From an uncultured Negativicutes bacterium (lineage in GTDB: Bacteria; Bacillota; Negativicutes; JBAXTZ01), in NCBI GenBank assembly GCA_963721525.1, contig CAVRJL010000016.1, forward strand, positions 22,781-86,780: 64,000 nt of DNA, given 5' to 3'. This document shows positions 1 to 9,026 of this stretch, one piece after another (the stretch's first letter is position 1; each line of letters opens with the position of its first letter). A model generated the notes under the pieces. The model made no database searches and had not been told where the DNA came from. It saw nothing but the letters and a program-made list of their open reading frames with translations. The position numbers and the translations under genes are program-made.

Positions 1-627
1 GTAAATACTTTGAAAACTATGGGAATTAGCTGCATTCGATATATTGTTTTTTTTATAGCCACGGTAAGCATACTACAAGAAATAGGAATAAATACAACCT
101 CACTTTTAGCTGGAGCTTCTATGTTTGGGTTAGTAGTAGGTATAGGTTCGCAAAGTTTAATAAGGGATTTTATTACAGGTTTTTTTATCATATTAGAGAA
201 CCAATATGATGTGAGTGATTATATTACAGTTGGAGAAATATCTGGAACAGTTGAAGCAATTAATTTAAAAATCACTAAATTAAGAACAGATGAAGGTATC
301 CAATATACTATACCCAATAGTACTATAACTAAAGTTGCAAATTATTCTCGTAATGAAACTACACTTAATGTAACAGCTATTTTTAGTACTGATATTAATG
401 TTAAAGAAATAGAAAATTTACTAAGAACGGTTTGTATTAAAGCACAAGCCGAAAATAAGAAGATTTTAGAAGGCCCTAGTGTTGTAGGAATAACTGCGAT
501 GGATAGAGAAAGTATAACCTTTACTATTACTGCAAAAGCTAAAAAATATAATCAAATTAATATCGAAGCATATTTGCGATCAAAGATACAAACAATAGTT
601 TTTGAATCAAAAAATAAATTAAGTTAA
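1..627 (+). CDS. MscS-family mechanosensitive channel, C-terminal part (5' end outside window)
   Basis: Frame is open from base 1. Contains the pore-helix/beta-domain motif GASMFGLVVGIGSQSLIRDFITGFFIILENQYDVSDYITVG. Confidence 0.8.
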   Translation, partial: VNTLKTMGISCIRYIVFFIATVSILQEIGINTTSLLAGASMFGLVVGIGSQSLIRDFITGFFIILENQYDVSDYITVGEISGTVEAINLKITKLRTDEGIQYTIPNSTITKVANYSRNETTLNVTAIFSTDINVKEIENLLRTVCIKAQAENKKILEGPSVVGITAMDRESITFTITAKAKKYNQINIEAYLRSKIQTIVFESKNKLS

Positions 628-676
628 AATAAAATTGATGAATAAAATAAATTAAAAATGGAGAATATATATATAT

Positions 677-1774
677 ATGAGTACTAACTTAGAAATTGGT
701 ATATTGGGATTACCTAAAACAGGTAAAACAACTCTTTTTAATGCTTTAATAAAGTCTATACAGGTTACAAATGCGTATACTACATATTCTATAGAGCCAA
801 ATATAGGGGTAGTGTCAGTGCCTGATGAGAGATTAGAAATATTAGCGAAAATTTTTAAAGCTAAAAAAACTACGCCTGCGTCAATGAAATTTGTAGATAT
901 AGTAGGGTTAGCTAAAGGAGCTTCTACGGGGTCAGGATTAGGAAATAAGTTTTTATCTCATATACGTACTTCTGATGCAATAATACAGGTAATACGTTGT
1001 TTTAAAAGTAAAAATTCATTAATGAAAGAAAATTCTCTTACACAAATAGATATTTTAAATACAGAATTATGTCTAACTGATTTAGATGGGGTTGAGCGAA
1101 GGATGGAACGTATAAAAAAAATGAGTAAAAGTGGCGATTTCAAAGCAAAAGCAGAAATGAACATTTTAGGAAAAATAAAGGAAAATCTAGAAGATGGAAA
1201 ACCAATACGTAGATTAAATTTATCGCTAGTGGAAATAGAAAATATAAAAGAATTATCTCTTTTAACTTTAAAGCCAATTTTATATGTGGCAAATATTAAT
1301 GAAGAAGCTATATTAAATCCTGAAGAAAATAATGATGTAAAAGCGGTTATAAAAAATGCACAGGAGGAAGGCACTTTAGCTATAGTTGTTGCTGCAAAAT
1401 TAGAAGCAGAAATAAGCCAATTACTGGATAAAGAAGCAATTATTTTTGCTGAAGAAATGGGAATAAAACAAATGGGACTTACGAAACTAATTAAAGCGAG
1501 TTATAAAATTTTAGGATTAATTTCTTTCCTTACAGCAGGGGAAAGGGAAGTGAAGGCTTGGACTATAAAAGAAGGATATAAAGCTTCAAAAGCTGCAGGG
1601 AAAATACATAGTGATATTGAAAGAGGATTTATTCGTGCAGAAGTAATAGCATATGATGATTTGGTTACCTGTGGAACAATGAATATAGCTAAAGATAAAG
1701 GTAAAGTCAGGCTTGAAGGGAAAGAATATGTAGTAAAAGATGGAGATATTATCAACTTTAGGTTTAATGTTTAA
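677..1774 (+). CDS. ychF: Ribosome-binding ATPase YchF (Obg-like GTPase family)
   Basis: P-loop GLPKTGKTTLFNA. C-terminal segment AWTIKEGYKASKAAGKIHSDIERGFIRAEV. SD GGAGA lies upstream. Confidence 0.9.
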   Translation: MSTNLEIGILGLPKTGKTTLFNALIKSIQVTNAYTTYSIEPNIGVVSVPDERLEILAKIFKAKKTTPASMKFVDIVGLAKGASTGSGLGNKFLSHIRTSDAIIQVIRCFKSKNSLMKENSLTQIDILNTELCLTDLDGVERRMERIKKMSKSGDFKAKAEMNILGKIKENLEDGKPIRRLNLSLVEIENIKELSLLTLKPILYVANINEEAILNPEENNDVKAVIKNAQEEGTLAIVVAAKLEAEISQLLDKEAIIFAEEMGIKQMGLTKLIKASYKILGLISFLTAGEREVKAWTIKEGYKASKAAGKIHSDIERGFIRAEVIAYDDLVTCGTMNIAKDKGKVRLEGKEYVVKDGDIINFRFNV

Positions 1775-1810
1775 TAATATAATATTGTAAGAAGTATAAA
1801 AAACACAAAT

Positions 1811-2527
1811 ATGTTTAAAATTTATTTATTTATTATGGGGATGGTTGATGAAAAAGTTAATATTAACAAATATAAAAAAGTTTTTAATAGTTATTATTTA
1901 AATAAATTGCAAAAATGTAATAGTAAAAAAACTAGACAACAAGTTTTAAGTGCTGCTTTACTTTTGTCTTATATTACAGAAAAATATTTGGATATTTCGT
2001 TACAAAAAATGAAGATTAGTTTAAATAAACATGGAAAACCTTTTTTTGTAAATTATTCTAATATATTTTTTAATATTTCTCATTCGGGGAAGTGGGTAGC
2101 ATGTGCTATTTCAAAGTATCCTGTGGGAGTAGATATACAAAAAATAAGAAAGCTAAATTTAATGAAACTTGCAAATAGATTTTTTTCGCAATCTGAAGTA
2201 AGCAAAATACATGAATTAAAGTCAGATTTGATATCGGATTATTTTTATAGTCTTTGGGTATTAAAAGAAAGCTATTTAAAAGCTACAGGTACAAGATTAG
2301 TATTTGCTTTAAATAATATTTCATTTCAACTAGCTTATAATGTAAACAAGAAAAATTTTAATGAAATTATTCAACTAAAATGCAATAAAAGTAACCAGTT
2401 TAACTATAAATTATATAATTTTAATAAAAATTATAAATTAGCATTATGTGTAAAGTGTGCAAAAAAGGTTGAATTACCTAAGTTTTTCCAAATAATAAAT
2501 TATAGAAATAAAAAATTTTTATGGTAG
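1811..2527 (+). CDS. Sfp-type 4'-phosphopantetheinyl transferase
   Basis: Motifs HGKPFF, FNISHSGKWVACAIS..VGVDIQ and WVLKESYLKATG. The start codon is uncertain (alternative ATG at 1838). Confidence 0.7.
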   Translation: MFKIYLFIMGMVDEKVNINKYKKVFNSYYLNKLQKCNSKKTRQQVLSAALLLSYITEKYLDISLQKMKISLNKHGKPFFVNYSNIFFNISHSGKWVACAISKYPVGVDIQKIRKLNLMKLANRFFSQSEVSKIHELKSDLISDYFYSLWVLKESYLKATGTRLVFALNNISFQLAYNVNKKNFNEIIQLKCNKSNQFNYKLYNFNKNYKLALCVKCAKKVELPKFFQIINYRNKKFLW

Positions 2528-2556
2528 AAATTGAATATACACGTTAAAATTTTTAG

Positions 2557-2588
2557 TTTGAACTCATTTTATTTTGAACTCATTTTAT
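2557..2588. repeat. Perfect 16-bp tandem duplication (TTTGAACTCATTTTAT x2)
   Basis: Copy 1 is 2557-2572 and copy 2 is 2573-2588. They are identical and lie in intergenic DNA. Confidence 0.9.
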
Positions 2589-2782
2589 AAAGTTGCAAAA
2601 AATCATTATTAATTATATATTATATTAAAGATAAAATCATGCCGGATATAGGTTAGATAATTATTTAATTTCAGGAATATATAATAATAATTTTTTTAAA
2701 AGTTAAAGTTATGGGGGTAAAATATTTTGGTTATAGTTCGAGTATAGTTTAGAGTAGCGTTTGTTATCTATTAGGAGTATGT

Positions 2783-4168
2783 ATGTGGAAAAAGATTTTT
2801 AGAACCAAAAATTTGATGGACTTAACAAAAGAACAAAAACTAGCAAAAGTTTTGTCATCTTGGGATTTGATTGCTTTAGGAATAGGTTCTACTTTGGGGA
2901 CAGGTGTTTTTGTTTTAACAGGAATGGAAGCGGCTAAAAATGCCGGACCTGCAGTTGCTATTTCATTCATTTTTGCCGGTATTACAGCAGGTCTGGCAGC
3001 TTTAAGTTATGCGGAATTGGCATCAATGATACCGGTTTCCGGAAGTTCTTATACTTATGCTTATATTATAATCGGCGAATTCATTGCTTGGTTAGTTGGA
3101 TGGAATCTAATATTAGAATATGCTGTTAGTTTAGCTGCTGTTGCAACAGGATGGTCGGCTTATGTGCGAGAGTTACTTAGTAGCTGTGGAATGATTGTGC
3201 CATCTTGTTTTGCGAGTTGCCCCAATATTTTTGGAGGTAAAATTGGAGGCGGGATAGATTTTTTTGCTGCCTTAATTACAATAATTGCTGGATGGCTATT
3301 ATCTCACGGTGTTAAAAATGGGGCAAAAAGCAATAACTTTATGGTACTTGTTAAAATTACAACTATTCTCTTTTTTGTTGTTTTGGCAGCCCCAAGCATT
3401 GATATAACAAAGTGGCACCCTTTTATGCCATTTGGATTTAAAGGTGTTATTACAGCTGCATCTATTCTATTTTTCTCTTATTTAGGATTCGATACTGTCT
3501 CAACATCTGCAGAAGAATGTAAAAATCCACAAAAATCTTTACCTATAGGGATTTTGGGAACTTTAATTATTTGTTCCTTGTTATATGTTTGTGTATCATT
3601 AATTTTAACTGGAGTAGTACCATATACGCAATTAAATACAGCGGCGCCTGTTGGATTTGCATTAAATTATTTAGGATATAAATTTGGATCTACAATTATT
3701 ATTATTGGTATTTTATTTGGTTTAACGTCAATTATTTTAGCTACTTTATATGGACAAACAAGAATTTTTTTTGCTATGGCTAGAGATGGATTGATTCCTA
3801 AAAGGTTATGCACTGTTAATGAGAAATATAAAACCCCAAATTTAATAACATGGATAACTTCTATATTTATTGCTTTGCTGGCAGCCTTAGCACCCATTGA
3901 TAAAATAGTAGAAATGTCTAATATAGGTACTTATTTTGCTTTTATAACTACTTCTATAGCGGTACTTGGTTTAAGAATAAAAAGGCCAGATATTAAAAGA
4001 GGTTTTCGTTGCCCTGGTGTATGGGTCGTTTCTATCTTAGCAATTGCTATGTGTTTTTATTTTTCGGGACAATTAGTTTGGGAAACATGGATTAGATTTA
4101 TATTATGGTCTATTATAGGTATAATTATTTATTTTTCATATGGATACACTCATAGCGAAGGTGTGTAA
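2783..4168 (+). CDS. APC-superfamily amino acid permease
   Basis: About 12 predicted TM segments. N-terminal motif LIALGIGSTLGTGVFVLTG and FSYLGFDTVSTSAEECKNPQKSLP. Confidence 0.85.
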   Translation: MWKKIFRTKNLMDLTKEQKLAKVLSSWDLIALGIGSTLGTGVFVLTGMEAAKNAGPAVAISFIFAGITAGLAALSYAELASMIPVSGSSYTYAYIIIGEFIAWLVGWNLILEYAVSLAAVATGWSAYVRELLSSCGMIVPSCFASCPNIFGGKIGGGIDFFAALITIIAGWLLSHGVKNGAKSNNFMVLVKITTILFFVVLAAPSIDITKWHPFMPFGFKGVITAASILFFSYLGFDTVSTSAEECKNPQKSLPIGILGTLIICSLLYVCVSLILTGVVPYTQLNTAAPVGFALNYLGYKFGSTIIIIGILFGLTSIILATLYGQTRIFFAMARDGLIPKRLCTVNEKYKTPNLITWITSIFIALLAALAPIDKIVEMSNIGTYFAFITTSIAVLGLRIKRPDIKRGFRCPGVWVVSILAIAMCFYFSGQLVWETWIRFILWSIIGIIIYFSYGYTHSEGV

Positions 4169-4211
4169 GCATAAGTTATAACGTATAAAAATACTGACTG
4201 AAGAGGAAATA

Positions 4212-4655
4212 ATGGGTAGAATATGGTTAGGGATAAGTTTAATGTTTTTTGCCTTCTTTCGTAAATATCTTAATCGTAAAATAATTTTTTTATTTTTATA
4301 TTTTTTCTTAGTTTTAACAATTATTACTATAGCAATAATTGTTAAAACTCAATTTTTTGATATAAAAATAAATTCACAACAATTAATTAATGCTTTAAAA
4401 AAAACTGACTACTTAATTATAAATTATTATAGGCAAAAAGGTAATTATCCTTCAAAGATAGAAGATTTGTTATATGCTGGATATAAAATTCCTTTATTGC
4501 CTAAAGGGTATAAAATAAGAGAAGGATTTAATCTTACTGCTAATGAAATTATTTATATAAATAAAATAACTAATTTTAGTACTGCGCATAAAGCAGCAGT
4601 CATGATTAATTTTCAAGCTTATGATATCGATCATCTGACAAAAATTATTGAATAG
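4212..4655 (+). CDS. Hypothetical membrane-anchored protein (weak pseudopilin-like core)
   Basis: N-terminal hydrophobic helix followed by YYRQKGNYPSKIEDLLYAGY, which resembles the pseudopilin globular-domain start. No G/FTLIE prepilin cleavage motif. Confidence 0.45.
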   Translation: MGRIWLGISLMFFAFFRKYLNRKIIFLFLYFFLVLTIITIAIIVKTQFFDIKINSQQLINALKKTDYLIINYYRQKGNYPSKIEDLLYAGYKIPLLPKGYKIREGFNLTANEIIYINKITNFSTAHKAAVMINFQAYDIDHLTKIIE

Positions 4656-4693
4656 GGAAACAGTTTTAAAAACATTTAAGGGATAATTTATTT

Positions 4694-6577
4694 ATGCATA
4701 ATAAATATGATGTTGTTATTATAGGAGCAGGGCATGCAGGAGTAGAAGCAAGTTTGGCATCAGCACGTCTAGGATGTAAAACTCTTTTGGCTACTTTAAA
4801 TGCTGATTTTATTGCACAAATGCCTTGTAATCCTGCGATTGGTGGATCTGCTAAAAGTCATATAGTTAGAGAAATCGACGCTTTAGGTGGACAAATGGGC
4901 TCTAGTGCAGATAGAGCTTGTATACAAATGCGAATGTTAAATACTGGCAAAGGTTCGGCAGTTCATTCTCTGCGAGCACAAGTAGATAAATTTATATACA
5001 GTCGTATTATGAAAGAAATTGTTGAAAATACGACTAACTTGTATTTGAAGCAAGTTTCCATTGAAGAAATATTGATTAGCGAAAAGTCAGTTTATGGTGT
5101 ACGCTTTGAGACAGGTGAAATTATTGAAGCAAGCTCAATAGTTATATGTGTTGGGACGTTTTTGCGTGGACGGATTATAATTGGGAATTTAATTTATAAT
5201 TCAGGCCCTAATGGGCAAAGAAATGCTATAAAATTGGCAAATAATCTCGAAAACCTAGGAATTATTTTAAAACGGTTTAAAACTGGAACTCCAGCTCGTA
5301 TTGATAAACGTAGTTTAAATTTTTCAAAGATGATTATTCAGCAAAGTGAAAAGGAAGGTAATTGGTTTTCTTTTTTAACTCCTTTTTTACAAGAAAAGAA
5401 TAAAAGTTCATTTTTAAAAAAAAGAAAACCTTGTTGGCTCACGTATACTAATTTCAATACACATAATATTATAAAAGCAAATCTGCATAAGTCGCCGCTT
5501 TTTACAGGTATTATTGAAGGAATAGGTCCGCGTTATTGTCCCTCAATAGAAGATAAAGTAATTCGATTTAGCGGTAAAGAACGTCATCAATTATTTATTG
5601 AGCCTGAAGGATTACTTACTAATGAGATGTATGTTCAAGGTATGTCTACAAGTTTGCCTGCTAATGTTCAATTGGCTTTTTTACGAACTATTAAAGGATT
5701 AGAAAATGTAGAGTTGATAAGACCAGGTTATGCAATTGAATATGATTGCATAGATTCATTGCAGTTAAATTCGTCATTAGAGTGCAAGAACATAAAAGGA
5801 TTGTTTTCAGCAGGGCAATTCAACGGAACCTCAGGCTATGAAGAGGCAGCTGCACAAGGATTAATTGCTGGAATAAATGCTGCACTTAAAGTACAAAATA
5901 AAAAACCTTTTATTTTGCGTAGAACAGAAGCTTATATTGGAACATTAATTGACGATTTAGTTACTAAAGGTACGAATGAGCCTTATAGAATGATGACTTC
6001 GCGTTCAGAATTTCGTTTAGTTCTAAGACAGGATAATGCTGATATACGTTTAACAGAAAAAGGGCGTATTATCAAAATAGTTGACGATTTACGTTGGAAA
6101 CTTTTCTCAAAAAAAAAATATCAAATAGATAATTGTTTAAGTTTACTTAAGAACAGTAAAGTAAATCCTACTGTAGAAGTTCAAAGAAAACTAACTTCTA
6201 TGGGAACAACTGCTTTGACTAATAGTTTAATTCTTTATGATTTATTGAGAAGACCTGAAACTAAATATGATGATTTAGTTACTTATTTTAATATGCCAAA
6301 TGTTTCCCTAGATGTGAAAAAGCAAGTAGAAATAATTGCTAAGTACGAAGGTTATATTAATAAACAAAATGATCATGTAGAAAAACAAAAAAGATTAGAA
6401 AATAAAATAATTCCTAATAATATTGATTATAATGTTATTCCCCATTTATCAATAGAAGGGAGACAAAAGTTAGAGTTAATTAAACCTTTTTCTATAGGGC
6501 AAGCATCAAGAATAAGCGGAGTAAGCGTTGCAGATGTATCTATTTTATTGATTTATATTGAAAATAAAGTGAAGTAA
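4694..6577 (+). CDS. mnmG: tRNA uridine 5-carboxymethylaminomethyl modification enzyme MnmG (GidA)
   Basis: FAD motif YDVVIIGAGHAGVEA. Full-length 627 aa with conserved GPRYCPSIEDK. Confidence 0.95.
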   Translation: MHNKYDVVIIGAGHAGVEASLASARLGCKTLLATLNADFIAQMPCNPAIGGSAKSHIVREIDALGGQMGSSADRACIQMRMLNTGKGSAVHSLRAQVDKFIYSRIMKEIVENTTNLYLKQVSIEEILISEKSVYGVRFETGEIIEASSIVICVGTFLRGRIIIGNLIYNSGPNGQRNAIKLANNLENLGIILKRFKTGTPARIDKRSLNFSKMIIQQSEKEGNWFSFLTPFLQEKNKSSFLKKRKPCWLTYTNFNTHNIIKANLHKSPLFTGIIEGIGPRYCPSIEDKVIRFSGKERHQLFIEPEGLLTNEMYVQGMSTSLPANVQLAFLRTIKGLENVELIRPGYAIEYDCIDSLQLNSSLECKNIKGLFSAGQFNGTSGYEEAAAQGLIAGINAALKVQNKKPFILRRTEAYIGTLIDDLVTKGTNEPYRMMTSRSEFRLVLRQDNADIRLTEKGRIIKIVDDLRWKLFSKKKYQIDNCLSLLKNSKVNPTVEVQRKLTSMGTTALTNSLILYDLLRRPETKYDDLVTYFNMPNVSLDVKKQVEIIAKYEGYINKQNDHVEKQKRLENKIIPNNIDYNVIPHLSIEGRQKLELIKPFSIGQASRISGVSVADVSILLIYIENKVK

Positions 6578-6604
6578 GGAATATTTATGCATATTTTTTG
6601 GCAA

Positions 6605-6840
6605 CGTTGAAGAAAGCTTTTGTGAATTTAAATATAACAACAAATAGAACAAATTAATTATTATTATTAACCCTACTGACATTACTTAAGTTTTATGTTA
6701 TTAAAAAGTATAGATCTTATTCATGCGCATGCAGTAGCTTTCCTGATTATTTTAAGGGAGTTATTTTGTTAACACGAGAGATGTTTTTATTGTGAGCCAA
6801 GAAATATTTTTCTTAAAAGAAGCAGTAAAATATTAAATAA
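6605..6840 (+). pseudogene. rsmG: Possible relic of 16S rRNA m7G methyltransferase RsmG (GidB)
   Basis: Fragments in different frames with stops: AFVNLNITT (cf. W-N-x-x-INLTSI), SIDLIHAHAVAF / SSFPDYF (cf. IDVGxGAGFPG) and VILLTREMFLL. It sits in the canonical position downstream of mnmG. Confidence 0.35.
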
Positions 6841-7026
6841 GTAACAATGTTTTGTACCTAATTATAATGATATACAGTTTAATATATATATATATTTGCG
6901 ACGCAGTAACTCGAACTAATAAATTACTCATTTGTAGTTATAAAGTTATACAAATAGTTTTTTAAATAGATAGGTTGTTTTATTTAATGTAAATGCTAAT
7001 GATTGAAGGAGTAAAAACTAAATAAA

Positions 7027-8409
7027 ATGGTTAATAATAGTACGATAGCAGCTATCTGTACAGGGTTAGGAGAAGGCAGTATAGGAATAGTTCGTGTTTC
7101 TGGGAAAGATACTATAAATACTGTTGATAAAATATTCAAAAGTAAAAAATATTTATCTGTTTTGCATATACCTGTTCGTTATGCTGTTTTAGGCAAAGTA
7201 ATTGATGATAAAGGAGAAATTGATGAGGTTTTATTATTAAAATTCATTGCCCCAAACAGTTATACTGGAGAGAATGTTATAGAAATTCATTGTCATGGTG
7301 GGCAAATTGTTTTGAGACGTATTTTGAATGTTTTATTGAGAAATGGAGCGTATTTGGCGCAGCCCGGAGAATTTACAAAAAGAGCCTTTTTGAATGGTAA
7401 AATTGATTTGATACAAGCAGAGTCAGTAATAGATATTATTAATGCAAAAACTGACGCGGCACTTCAAGCAGCAAATCGAGGTTTATCAGGAATTTTGTCT
7501 TCCAAGGTACATACTATTAGAAATGAAATACTTTTTACGGTTGCTCACATAGAGGCAACTATTGATTATCCTGAAGATGGTATTGAAAATATTCAACACG
7601 AAGAAATTTTATCATATGTTACAAAATGGGATAAACAACTAAATGATATTTTAGTGTCAGCAAATCGGGGAAACGTTTTACGAAATGGTCTATTAACAAT
7701 TATATTAGGTCGGCCTAATGTAGGAAAATCAAGTTTATTAAATTTTTTACTGGGGCAAGAAAGAGCTATTGTTACTAAGATACCAGGTACAACAAGAGAT
7801 ATAATTGAAGAATATATTGATATAGAGGGTATACCCATAAAATTAATTGACACAGCAGGGATTAGAAAAACTTCTAATCCTATAGAACAAATAGGTATTG
7901 AACGAGCACTAAAGGTAAGCAATGAAGCAGATTTAATATTATATATATTAGACTATTCTGAGAATATTCATAAGGATGATATTAGAAATTTGAAAAACTT
8001 AGAAAAAAAAAATATTCTGTATATAGTAAACAAAATAGATTTGCCGAAAAAATTAAATTTTTTTGATTTAACTAAAAGTTTATCAAATAAACATTCAGTT
8101 GTTTATTGTTCAGCACAAACTGGATACGGTTTAGATACATTGATAAAATCAATTAAAAAAACGATTGAAAATATAAAGGGAGCTTTCAATGATGAAGAGA
8201 TAATGGCTACAGATAGACAGCTAGAAAAAATATATTTAGCAAAAAAAAGTCTAAAAAATATTATTCAAACCATTCATTCTAAAATTCCTTTAGATTGTAT
8301 AACAATTGATTTACAAGATGGATGTGAGCTTTTAGGCGAAATTACTGGTGAAAGCATACAAGAAGATTTAATTGAGACTATTTTTAAAGAATTTTGCGTA
8401 GGTAAATAA
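7027..8409 (+). CDS. mnmE: tRNA modification GTPase MnmE (TrmE)
   Basis: G-domain GRPNVGKSSLLN, DTAGIR, NKIDL, and the C-terminal FCVGK motif. Confidence 0.95.
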   Translation: MVNNSTIAAICTGLGEGSIGIVRVSGKDTINTVDKIFKSKKYLSVLHIPVRYAVLGKVIDDKGEIDEVLLLKFIAPNSYTGENVIEIHCHGGQIVLRRILNVLLRNGAYLAQPGEFTKRAFLNGKIDLIQAESVIDIINAKTDAALQAANRGLSGILSSKVHTIRNEILFTVAHIEATIDYPEDGIENIQHEEILSYVTKWDKQLNDILVSANRGNVLRNGLLTIILGRPNVGKSSLLNFLLGQERAIVTKIPGTTRDIIEEYIDIEGIPIKLIDTAGIRKTSNPIEQIGIERALKVSNEADLILYILDYSENIHKDDIRNLKNLEKKNILYIVNKIDLPKKLNFFDLTKSLSNKHSVVYCSAQTGYGLDTLIKSIKKTIENIKGAFNDEEIMATDRQLEKIYLAKKSLKNIIQTIHSKIPLDCITIDLQDGCELLGEITGESIQEDLIETIFKEFCVGK

Positions 8410-8432
8410 AGAATTTTGCGTAGGTAAATAAA
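8389..8432. repeat. Perfect 22-bp tandem duplication spanning the mnmE stop codon
   Basis: GAATTTTGCGTAGGTAAATAAA occurs at 8389-8410 and again at 8411-8432. Confidence 0.95.
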
Positions 8433-8577
8433 TAAAATAAAAAAATAAATATTATAACAAATTTAGTGTATTTTTTTATTTGCTTATCTTTGGCACAATA
8501 CTCAGTCGAAAGAAAAATTAATAGGCATTTAACTTTGATTTTTTTATAAAGACAGTATTATCTTATGGAATGAATTT

Positions 8578-8838
8578 ATGAAAAAAATTAGTAATAATGA
8601 CTGGACTAATTTTGGTTCTGTAAAAAATAAAACTATTTGCTAATGGTGCAATTATAAATTTGTGAAATAATTTAAAAATTAAAGATCAAATTAGAATTGA
8701 AAATAAATTAAGTGGGGAATTTAATAATTGTAACAAAGTTATAATTGGAGATCCTATTTTAGTTAAAAATGGGGAAATAGTTTAAGATCTAATGATGTAA
8801 CTAAATAATATACTTTCAGGACAGCTATAGGAGTGTAA
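8578..8838 (+). pseudogene. Relic of a phosphodiester glycosidase (NAGPA/DUF2233-like) gene
   Basis: Motifs in shifting frames with stops: ANGAIINL*, NKVIIGDPILVKNGEIV* and RTAIGV*. Confidence 0.35.
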
Positions 8839-9026
8839 AACAATATATTAAGCTAAATATAGCGGGGAATTTTATTTAGCTTAGTTTACTTATTATTTGC
8901 GAAGCTTGAGATATATAAATGAGTTGAAAATAAAAAGAATAAATTCTGCGACACTGTAAAACAAAAAATATACAGTTGATTTGATTATATTAAATTAGGA
9001 AAATAAACTTAAGAGGTTCTTGTATT

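Noticed and set aside
958-1374. This and many other track ORFs lie antisense to, or out of frame within, conserved genes. Examples: 1501-1755, 13750-15593 (+), 24549-25851 (-), 35848-36186, 39884-40225, 41852-42321, 43211-43820, 47642-48440, 49322-49856, 56705-57257, 57661-58110 and 63087-63395.
   Set aside because: Each lies entirely inside a well-supported conserved gene. Their low-complexity, Ile/Phe/Lys-rich translations are what AT-rich shadow frames produce, and none has an SD or a recognisable motif.
1811-2527. The orphan Sfp-type PPTase as a flag for a nearby NRPS/PKS or other biosynthetic cluster.
   Set aside because: No carrier-protein, synthetase or tailoring genes are adjacent. 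The neighbours are ychF and a permease, so it most likely serves fatty-acid ACP activation.
2557-2588. The short tandem repeats (also 8389-8432 and 39092-39119) as a CRISPR array or minisatellite.
   Set aside because: Each has only two directly abutting copies with no spacers. There are no cas genes in the window.
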